Shown here one piece after another: positions 1 through 11,600 of a DNA stretch of 64,000 nt. The DNA is from Octopus sinensis (Eukaryota), in assembly GCF_006345805.1 (NCBI RefSeq), contig NC_043012.1:32922001-32986000 (forward strand). The letters are read 5' to 3'. How positions within the stretch are numbered: the first letter of the stretch is position 1; each line of letters begins with the position of its first letter. The notes below the pieces were generated by a model that worked only from the letters and a program-made list of their open reading frames with translations, ran no database searches and was not told where the DNA came from. The position numbers and the translations under genes are program-made.

Positions 1-779
1 GTTTCTCTCAATTAATTTTAAATATAACAAAGAATTTAGTAAAATAACTTAGTTATCATTAAGCTAGTGTTAGGAACATAAATTGTGACTAAGGTTTGGT
101 GGAAGATTTTAATGCAGAATTTTTGAAAATAAGACATTTGTACTACAGAACCAGAGGCGGTTTCAGGCAGGTTAATTCACAAATAAAAAGCAAATTACAT
201 GAGGCAAAACATTTTAATCAACACTAAAGTATCTACCTCAAGCTTGTGGCTGTAGAGACTTCTGGTGTTCTTGGTCTCTATGCACCACTCAGGGCAGAGA
301 TGGCTATCTACAAGTGCAACCCCAGTGAATCAGGGCAGTTGTTCCAGTACACCTCCCTTGCCATAGCATCTTTTCTATTTTGTCTGCTGAGACCACTTCT
401 TGTACGTTCCACTTCTTAATATAAAGCAACTCCATATAAATTGCTCTGTTAAGATCTCAGTAATAGATTAAGTTCACAACCCAATAAATCAAAGATACAG
501 TCTATTGTTAACCTCCGTAACATTACTAACCTCATAACTAAAAATCATAAAGTCAAACTTTAGAACAGCCAGTTTGATGCAAGGTACGTAACTCTGCTTA
601 TTTTAAATGATTGCCACGCGCAGTTATGGATGCGTAGTGAAGCTTGCTTTGCAGCCATGTGGTTTTCGGTTCTTTCCCACTGAGCAAAACACCACAAGCA
701 TCTTCTGCAATAGCTACATGCTAACCAATACCTTATTAGACAGGAACTCTGTGTGTGTGTGTAATAATAATAATGTATA

Positions 780-1010
780 TTTCTTTATTACCCACAAGGG
801 CCTAAACATAGCGGGGACAAACAAGGGCAGACAAAGGGATTAAGTCGATCACATCGACCCCAGTGTGTAACTGGTACTTAATTTTATCGACCCCGAAAGG
901 ATGAAAGGCAAAGTCGACCTCGGCCGAATTTGAACTCAGAATGTAACGGCAGACGAAATACAGCTACGCATTTCGCCCGGCGTGCTAACCATTCTGCCAG
1001 CTCACCGCCT
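780..1010 (-). mobile_element. tRNA-derived SINE, family with GGCGGTGAGCTGGCAG head and GGTCGACTTTGCCTTTCATCCTTTCGGGGTCGATAAA core
   Basis: A-box/B-box-like head (GAGTTCAAATTC). Related copies at ~1035-1236, 1410-1555, 16550-16738, 24805-25034, 25892-26115, 29530-29725, 30980-31190, 47478-47870 and 53593-53830. Confidence 0.85.
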
Positions 1011-2095
1011 AATAATAATAATAATAATAATAATCCTTTCTAAAATAGGCACAAGGCCTGAAATTTTGTGGGAATGGGACTAGTCGAATACATCAACCCC
1101 GGTGTTTCACTGGTACTTAATTCATTGACTCCAAAAAGATGAAAGGCAAAGTCGACCTCAGAGGAATTTGAACTCAGAACATGAAGATGAACAAAATACT
1201 GTCAAGCATTTTGCCCAATGTGCTAACGATTCTGCTAAAGAAACATTTATAAAAAAAAAAAAATTTTTTTTTTAAACCCTTCAAATTAATAAATTCTCCA
1301 AGGTATGAGATAACCAAAATATTCTAAAATATGCCTATCATTAGAGAAAAACCATTTTTAATAACAATTTCAAATTTCGCAACAAAACCAGCAGTTTCAA
1401 AATAAAGATAAGTCGATCACGTTGACCATGGTGCTTAGCTGGCATTTAATTTATCAACCCTGAAAGGCAAAGTGGACCTCAACAAAATTTGAACTCAGAA
1501 TGTAAAGATGGACAAAATGCTGCTTTGCCCAGTGTGCTAATAGTTCTACCAGCTCTAAAAAAAAATCAGTTTTAATGTCAACAATGCTATTAAAGTGTAA
1601 TATGTAACTAGGGAAAAGTGTTGTGAATTGAATGCTTATGACTGAAACAGTAATGAAACAAAACTTAATCAAAATGAGTATGGATGTGTATATGGATAGC
1701 AATTCTCTGTTTGTAGTATATGATGTGGTTTGTTACATGTATATATAATTATGTTACAAACAACTTGAGCTATATAATAGAGAAATAGCTAGAGTTATTA
1801 ACACTTATATTTCTGATGTGATGCATTTTCAATATTTTCATATTTTTGATATGAAAAAATTTAATATTTAATTTTGAAATGTGAAAGGAATGGTTTTTCC
1901 CTTCCTGCTTCATCACTTTAAAACTTAACATAATAAAAATCTGTAAATAAGCACACAGGAAATTTCATTTAAGAATAGAAATTAATAGAAATTGATATGA
2001 TATAAAAAAATATGCATAGTGGGTGAATTTGAGAGAAAACAACATCCTTCATTCTCCACCCAGGAAGTCAGTAAAAATATCCACCATAAATCAAT

Positions 2096-2101
2096 TTTAT
2101 T
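2096..2101 (-). promoter_or_regulatory. Candidate polyadenylation signal AATAAA for ANKLE1
   Basis: Minus-strand AATAAA about 400 bp past the stop codon. Weak evidence in AT-rich DNA. Confidence 0.3.
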
Positions 2102-2504
2102 CAACAAAAATTTTGTACAAAGTATTTTAATTTTTAGTCACCAAAAATAAATTATTGAAAAATATATATTTATATTAAATATATATATATATGTGTGTAC
2201 ACACACACATATGTATGCATATATAATATACACGTATATGTATATTTATATATATGTGTGTGTGTGTGTGTGTCTGTGTATGTATATACATACATATATG
2301 CATACATATATATATATACAAAGGCATAATGAATTGACTGCTTATTAAAAATTTTGAGAGCTAGGTACATGACATTGTTGATAATGGCAAGAGAACAAAA
2401 TGTAAATGGCAGACAGGGTACTATAAGAGAAATATGCATGGATGGCAATCATTGAATGCAGAATGTGAAAAGATGTGTTGAAGAGTGGATGGAGAATGCA
2501 GGGA

Positions 2505-2677
2505 TCAACTTTTACAGTCGAGATCAATAGGAAAGATTTGACGCTCTCCTTCAGCCAGAAAAATTTGGAAAGCTTTATAAAGCCAATATGTTCCCATCCT
2601 CCGTTTTTGGGATGCAGACCATTTTGCTGTGAGACCATAGCAAGTGCCACGCATCTTGTTTGTTAAATTAAAAAGAC
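2505..2677 (-). CDS. ANKLE1: ANKLE1 last coding exon (LFNLTNKMRGTCYG...AFQIFLAEGERQIFPIDLDCKS*)
   Basis: Acceptor TTTTGCAG|GT; TGA stop at 2505-2507; LTN and FLAEGERQ motifs. Confidence 0.95.
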
Positions 2678-5600
2678 CTGCAAAAGAAAGTCAAAAGAAA
2701 AAAATTGTTAATAATTTAGAAAAGATAGAGGGGAAATGATTTACTAATAATGAAGTTAAAATTTCTCCTCCTCTGAAACCCATTTTTGCTGACCAGGTTA
2801 CACTGTATTCCAATTTCTTTCATAAGAGTGGTTCTGTGTTAACCTTTTAGTATTCAGGTTAATTTATCAAATGTTATCCACATTTTAAAAAATTAATCTG
2901 TATTATCGTGTAGCTTCAAGATTTTGAAGTTGTGTCTGTTTATTTTTAGAATGACATTGTAAGGTTAGTGTGAGAGGCTGGAGCTGGCCAGTTTGACCCT
3001 AAACAGGTAGACTATTTGAGCCAAACACAGCGAGTTTAAATTCTAAAGGCTTCCGGTTCACTCTTCCACCATACACTTCAATCTACTTCAGCTCACTTCT
3101 ACTTACATCATCATTCTTGTTTCATGACTTGTGCTACCATCTGCACCAGGAAGCTTCCCACATCTTTAACACACACACAGAATATCCAATCATAATTCAT
3201 CTGCTGTCTTACTCCAACCATCCTAGTTTCCAATCTCAAATGACTGCCTAATCAAGGTGACCCAGTCAGCATCAATCTAGCACAACTCCTGCTCCCTAAA
3301 CCCTCTTCTATTTCAAATAAATTAGTCAGAATTGAATTATTCTACTCAGCAATTATGCAGCATTCTTGATCTGTTCAGGAGGTCACAAAAGAAAATATAA
3401 ATACATAAATAATGGTGTTTAGTTATTACCAATAGCATCTATAATGCAAGCTTCTCTGGAGTGTGCTTCATCAGAAATGACTCCTTGAAAACAATGGAGG
3501 GATATCACCCCTTGTTCATCATTCCAAATGTCAATAATGTGTGATAACTTTTCATCATTCTGAAAAAAACAAAAATAGAATTAAACATAAAATATTTCAT
3601 CTTAATGTAACAAGTACTCAAGTTCTGAACAAAAATCTGGTAAAAAGCAAACCTTTTGAGATGGGAGGGGAAAAACCTAATTAAACTAGAAAAGCACTCA
3701 GAGAGCGCAGACCTCCGCCAAGCAGCTCATTTCCATCCATATACACACATGTTGAAAATTGCCCAATTTCCCAAACCAATGCTGGCAAAAACATAACCTC
3801 CTCTCATACTTATCTCGACCATCATCATCATCAACACTGTATCTGCTTTCATCACAATCATCATCAAAACTATGATCACCACAATCACCATCAAAATTAC
3901 GATCACCACAATCAATTTCTTTACACAGTTGAAAATCCATTATCCGATACTCATGGGACCAAGATTGTTGCAGATTTTTGATTTTTCTAAGTTTGGAGTT
4001 TTTTTATTAAAAAAAAAAAAATTGCATCTACAAAACGGAACAGTTTGAGGATAGAAACCAGGTCTAAACACAATAGATTATAGACATACTCTGAATGTAG
4101 TTCTATATAAATCTTTAATAATTTCTTTTATACTTAAGACCATCAGAAATGTTAAGATATCAGCCTCTACCCACGTTGTCATGCTCTGATTAAAAGGTCA
4201 CAGTATAGATTAGATTACTTAGACAAGTTTTGGCCGAAGTTGACTCAAGCCATGTCTAATTTAATAGCACCACCTGAAAGACATACACAGTCAGCTCTGG
4301 GGAACCGTAGCCCTTTCAAGCAGAGGGTTATTGTTTTTAGAGACATATCTAGGTGTGGGTGGTTTATCTGGTATTTGTTGGGGGTAATCATCTAGGGATC
4401 GTTTGAATGCTGTGAAGTCCCTTTCCTCCTTTATGTGTGTCTGGCATGATGCTGAAGAGAGCAGGGCCAATTGAGTTGAAAGAGTTCTGTCAGTGTTGTG
4501 ATACGACAGAACATTTCTGTAGTGGACGGATGGCACGGGGGCCAAGCCTCGGACAAATTTTAAAGATGGGCAATGTTGATGGAATATTTTCCACATCATA
4601 CAGATGATATAGAGCTCACAGTGGCATTTGAGGGAGCAAAGCCTGAGATTTTTGAGTCGATTCCAATAGTCAAGGCTTGTCATGTTGTCCTCCACCAAGC
4701 AGTTCATTTTAAGATAGATATGCGAGTAAAATTACTAATAGAGAAATGAAAATAAACTTTGGAAACAGCAACGCCACCATAGGTTACGTGGAAACGATGA
4801 ACGGGTTTTCAAGGTTTCAAGGGAGATAATCAAAGAACGTAACATTGTAATATTTCATGTAAAGTAAATATAACAAATGAAAAATCCTTCAAGAATCCAT
4901 AAAAATTCCCACATCACTACCAAAATTTCATCATCTGTTCTTTGTATCATTACCAACTTTTCCTGCAAGTTTCATCAAATACCGTTCACAACTTTTTGAG
5001 TTATTTTGCACACAGACGGACAAATCAAACAAATCCCTCCATTTCTGTTGCTTGAAATTATTTCATTATACTTTATTAGAGGAAGACAAGAGATGTCAAA
5101 GATGGCAAAGAAAAGTAGAGCAATGAACTGAGGTACTCTACAGTATTTATTTAGTTCTGGCTCTCTCAACTCTAATTTCAAATCTCAACTGAGGTTGGCT
5201 CTGTTCTGTGTAGTCAATAAATTAGCAGTAATATGGGGTCACTGATTCAGCTTGAATATACTACCAAGATATGGGCAGACACAGCAACATTTCACTTCCC
5301 TTCTTCTTTGGCTTAGTTCCAATATAAGAAAGCAATGCTACAGGAAGAAGGAGAGAAAGAGAGAGAGAAGCTTACCTTAGTTTCCTTGCTGTTGAGACGT
5401 TTCATAGCTTCATACAAGTGACTGTAAGGACGATCACGTGTACCTTTGCCAACATAAAATATGGCATATACAAAATTACGGAACAGTTCAGATTTATCTC
5501 CTGAAAACAAAAAATAAAATAAAAATAAAAAAAAATAAACAAGCAAGTCTACGGATCAACCTTCATTACTTCATCCATGTTTTCCTAAGTTCTCTCTTGT

Positions 5601-8600
5601 CCACAAGTTCCATCCACTTTAAGTAATCGGCACTTCTTCATACCGATATCCACATCCATACACATCACATGACCAAACCAGCACACACTTCTCTGTTGCA
5701 AACATCTGATTCCTCTTATAACCTAATGTTACTCAACACATTTGCACTTTGTCATACACACAACATGCATACTGATGTTGTGCATTCAATGCAGAATACA
5801 TGTCCTCTGCATTTGAGGCCCATGTCTCACTCCCATGTAGCATTGCTGTTCATACACAAGCATCATTCAATTGACCTTTCACCCTGAGTGAGAAGCCTTT
5901 TGTCACCAAGAAAAGTAATAACTGCTTGAACTTCTTCCATTCTCTTCTTATTCTAGCAACTATACTTTCAGAACTTCCTTCCCAACGAAGTAGGAATTCC
6001 AGATTAACATAACTCACCAATTTTAGATGCTTGAAATGGGAGATTCTTGGTTACTCGAGGATCCAGAAGCAGATATGTGAAAAAATGCTTCAAATTTCCA
6101 CCTTTGCGTTTCTGACTATATTTGGAACTTTCAAACTTCTCCACCATCTTCTGCTCCATCTCAATAGTTTCTGTCCAGTTGGGTAGCTCCCTCATAGCTT
6201 GACGCAGAGTGACAGGATAATCTGGTAATAACAGATCAAAGATGAGCATTATAGGTAATAATAAAAAATTATATATACACAACTATTTTATGATATGCCT
6301 AGGTTTACTATTACAAAATCACCATTGAATGTATTACTACAACTCAAAGTACAAGACTTGCTATTTTAGGAAACACTACAAGCTTTTAACAAATTTATAA
6401 AATTATATGCATGTTCATAGGCACAGGCTGTATAGTTAAGAAGTCCATTTTGCAATCAGGTTTTCTGGCTCATTCCCATTGCATAGAATACTGGGGAAGC
6501 ATCTTATACTGTGAATGGAATTTGGTCAAAGGAAACCATTCAGTTTTCTGTTGTATATGTGAATATATATGTGTGTGTGAGTGGGTGTGTATATAAATTA
6601 GAAAAAAACCCACCTTTTATCAATTCAATAATGAAAATTAAATTATACCATTTAGAAAAAATACATATTATAGAAAGATTAAATATAAGATAAAACATAA
6701 TATATATATATTTTCAAGAACTTTTAGGCTTTCCGAAAACAGCAAGTCAGGGACCTGTAATATGTCGTAGGGACTACCTTCTCTCCAGAGTATAAAAACA
6801 AAAATACTATAAGCAAAAAGCATTATTTAATGTAGAAAAGAAATTAATTAATTAATTAAAATTTTGGGTTGATTTTTCTTGGAGAGGAGAGAGAGCTAAT
6901 TTCAAACATCTTAAAGAGCAGCATTTTTATAATTTTATCAAAGTACTGAGACATGTTAAACAGATATGAGAATTAAACTTGTATTAATATGTTATTTAAG
7001 TAGTAGTAGTAGTAGTAGTATAATCACATGAGTACTTTCAGCATTTAATTCCTTTTGCTTGAGAAACAAATATGAATAAACTAATTACACAAGAATTACA
7101 CCAAATTTTTCTCGCATAATCTCTTAATACAACAGAGCAAATTGATACAGTGATATTTTGCTAGAATAATAAGCTTAGTAAAATTTTGAAGTGTCTGTGG
7201 TTGAATGTTTAGTTATTAGCTATTCTCTAAATGTTAAAACACTATGGAGGGGAGGGGCACACATATAAACCTCTTAAGTCCTATGGGAAGAGTTTGATAC
7301 GTAAAAAGTAACAAATTAAGCTAAAAATTATCCGCACCAAAATAGATGATTTAATCCATGATTCATTTAGCAAAGTAACTAATTTAATAAGATAATATGG
7401 AGTAGCAGAGTAGAAACTGAATGTGATGTAATATCACTTGCCTAAACATTGGGATGATCTTATTTTGCCTTACAAAATCATTATTGAAAGACAAGGATTT
7501 TACGATGAAGCAGAAGAAAACTGTTTCATCTTCATAATATGTGAACAGCCAGAAGAAGAAGGGGGCAAAGAAGAAGACAAAATGGACAAGTTAGATGGTT
7601 GAATGTCTCTGGAGACACCTTACCTGGGGAGGGTAAAACTTTAGGAGATAGAGTTCCGTTTGCAATAGCCTTCAGGCGATTGATGTACATTCCCCGAGTA
7701 GTTGAAGTGATTGGACCTGGATGTGGCAAATCAAAATCTACAAATATTTTCTTCAGACCATCATCTGTAAAAGAACCGTGGCTCTTGAGGACACTTTGTA
7801 GCTGTAAAAGTTTTGAATCGGTGAGGGTTTTATCCCTTTTGGCTTTGCTATACGACTTCCAGAATAACTCATCACTGCTTTCACTAGAAGTTTCCTCAGG
7901 TGATAAATGCTTTTTAGCGTCCACAGAGTCGTCTGAATGGCTGCTTTCAGGTTCAACAGAAATGCGACGCTCAATAAAATTGATGTGTCTTTCAGGGTCT
8001 ATGTGTATGAATTTGATATCTTTGTCATGTTTATCTGGCAATTTGATACAGCTCCGATATGTTTCTCCATAATGTACAGTAGCAACGATCTTATTTGCCT
8101 GTGAAAGAGTTGGCATGAAGTCAACCTCGTCAAAACCAACAGGTGCTTGCTCATTTTCTTCTTGATATGGAGTCAAGAATCTTTCTATAGAACCTGAAGT
8201 TGCTCCAGAAGAACTACAAATGTCCAAGGCATCAGAAAGATTTGGATGTTTAAGGTGATCTATAATGGAACCAGGGTATTTCTCAGAGTAATCAGACAGG
8301 TGCTCTGAAAAATTTACAGAGAGAGAGAGTTCATCAGATTTAGTAACTTGTACTGTTGGGAGAGTGGGTTCATAATAAATTGGTGTATCAGTTTGTGTTC
8401 CTGAAGTACCAGTCTTTGCAACTGATCGGCCAGGATTTGAAGAAAAAAACTTAGGACTTCTATCAACACTGATAAATGGGCTTTTTCCAGATTTTCTCTC
8501 AGATTTTCCACTGGGAAGCAATTTTTTTAAATTAACGATTGTCTTTCGTAATTTTTCAAAACGCTTTGGTGATTTAGAATCATTGGTATAACTAGTAATA

Positions 8601-11600
8601 GTTATATTAGAAGAATTAGAAGATTTCTTAAGGTGGTTTGGGGGTTTAGGCAAGTGTGAATTGGCTTTTTTAGTTGGAGGGCTGGGTGGGATCCTTAGAA
8701 TAGGTGTCTGAGTAGAAATATTTTTATTAGCTTTAGAATTCACTAGTTCCTTTTTAATATTTGGCAATTCCTGTTCTAATCCTTTTGAACTAACTGAAGG
8801 AAGGACATTAATGGCACACATTGCTGTCTTATTTCTTACAAAACCAATTTGGTCATCATCATTAACATTATTAATAAAGTTTGCTGATGACCCAACATTA
8901 ACTTTTTGCTTTTCATCAGAAGACACATGAACAGAAGCATCATTGGCCAATCTATTTTTAATCATTGGTTCCTTACCTTCTCGCGTGGGACTTGAAGCAG
9001 GATTAGGAAGAGGATCATGAAGGGATGGATACAAAGTAGGACGTTGAGGGCTTCGAGATGATGGAGTCAAAGGATCACTTTTATCACCAGTAGTTCCAGC
9101 AACAGCAACAGTAGAAATATCTGTAATGGCATTAAAGTCACTATGGGCTGTTGTAAACTCACTAAACACCTCTGACTTAGGTGGTGCTGACGGCTGTGGC
9201 CTATTTGCATTAGCAGCAATTTTTTTCATGTTGATTACATTATCAGAAGAACTGCTCTGAGAGGTAACTGGATTTATGCTACTTATGTTTTGGTCAAAAT
9301 ATTCCTCAATCTTGTAGAGTCCGTTAACCCACATAGTTGTTCTCTTTTCGGGAGATAGAAACTCTTTAGATGCAAGACATTTTTTAAGACCATCAGAAGA
9401 GGTAGACCCAGAAGTAACATCTTCTGAAGCAGAGGTGGATGTAAAAGGAGGAATTTGGGGTGGATGACCATCTTTTCCAGGACTCCATGAAAGACTATCA
9501 TCAGTACTTGGAACAACAACTGCATCAGGTTCGTCGTAGGTAGAGATTGGATTCTGCCAGGTAACAGAGCGATTATGAAAGCCACTGCTGGCAGAGACAT
9601 ATTGCCATTGAGAGTTTACAGCAGATTTATCAAGGGCGCTAGATTGTTCCAGATTTTGATCTTTTAAACTATTAGAAGAATCTTGTTGCACAGTTGAAAA
9701 ATATTGGCCTTCTATTGACACCATTCCATCTTGAAAAGATTCATAATGTGACTGATCCCCACAATTATCTGTTGGGGATGTGAATCGGGTTTTTAATGTA
9801 ACTGGTTCATTTTGAGGAATTCTCTTTCTTCTTTGTTGTATATGGTTTATTTTTGAAATACCAAGACCATCTTCCTGCGCTGAGAGGAAATGTGACTGAG
9901 AATTGACTGACTTATTTTGATTTTGAGCTAATATGGAATGATGTTTGGATGATGAGGCTTCTGGTTCCTCCCTTACAGACAAATAATGAGACTGAGAAGT
10001 AAATGGTTGGTTTTCCCCATGAACTGATAAATAGCGAGAATTAGGAATTTCATCTTCTTGAAAAGATAAGTATTGAGAATCAGCAGGTTTAGCTTCACCT
10101 TGGACAGACACATAACGAGAATCAACTTGTTGTAATTGTTCTTCTTCTTCTTCTTGAACTGATACATATCGAGAGTGATCAAGTCCATCTTCTTCTTGGA
10201 CTGATGTATAGTAAGAGTGAAGATCAACAAGTCTTCCTTGCTTGCGACTTGGTTTACAATGGAGTTTTTTTTTCTCTTCAAATGACACAAAGTGTGACCG
10301 AGAAGCAGTTCTCTCAATCCTAAGTGGCACATCATTAGACTTAGAAACAATAGGTTCACTGACCATGTTACTACAATTAGCATTACCTGAAGTTTCACAT
10401 GAATGGAAATGATATGAGTTTTCAACACAACTTGATGAAAGTTCACCATCATCTGACCGATTAAATTTTTTGACAAGAGGGTGATTTTTCAATTCTATAC
10501 CAACATTTCTTTTAAGATTTTCTTGATGAGTGTTTGAGATAATGGTACTTCCAACTGCTTTGCTAGCAGGACTGCTGACTTTAGATTTCAGAAGATAGTC
10601 CGGTGGTTGCCACCGATAAAAAGATGCGGTTGGTTGTGCAGCTTTCCGTTGGAATTTACCCTGCAGTTCAGACATTACTTGTGAAAATTGTGATGAATGA
10701 GAACCTCTTATCTTTTCAGGCTCATTAGAATCTCTATCTCTATCTGCTGAATATTTCTTCTGCTGTGATTCAGGAAGTAGTTTTGGAGGTTTTGGCACTA
10801 AACGTTTACAGTCAGGTTCATCAAATGATTGAAACTGAGCAGCACTGGAATTATTAGGAAAGCAAACAAGGTAGAGAGAATCTTCATCACTTTCCCGAGG
10901 CAACAGAGCACTGTTATATTTACTCTCTTTTGGGTCGTAACATTTCAATTCAGGTGACACTGACTGACGATGAACTACCTGTTGTGAGTTTACTGGTTGG
11001 CATTGTTCACTTGTACTTATGTAGCAAGAATTTTCAGGTGTATTTACATCCTTAAATTGGCTTGTATAGAGAGAGATTGATTCTTGACCATTCTGTTGTG
11101 GCTCAGTAATTATCTGATCTTCAATTCGTGACAGCATACTCATATATGCTTCTGCGTCGATAGAAGAATCGTTTCCTTCTTTCAGATTCAGTTCTAACAT
11201 GGCTTTTGATAATTCCTCAGTATTGAATCGAAAATCTTGAAAACTGCTGAATTCTTGACTATTAGATTGTTCAAATTGATTTTTCAGATAGCTACTGAAA
11301 GAATGAAGAGCACTTTCAAATTTACTTTCAAGAGCACTTTCATTGGTTCCATCATCACAAGAAAAGAACTCTTCACTATTTTCACTGCCTGTTGTTCTAC
11401 ATGTAACATAGGTATCAGTAGTAGCACAGCTTACATTTGACTCAGTCCGTTTAACATCCATATTTTGCACTACACTTTCAGTCTCATATAACTTACAACG
11501 AGCAATTTGGGGATTAAGGGGCGTGTTCATCACCATGGGCACTGTTGTTTTAGCTGCAATATCTCTGTGACATGGCTTTTGTGTGACACGCCCCCCAAAC

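Noticed and set aside
2505-6221. GIY-YIG domain as a Penelope-element endonuclease linked to the hammerhead repeats
   Set aside because: It is intron-containing, has ANKLE1-specific motifs and has no adjacent reverse transcriptase, so it is a host gene.
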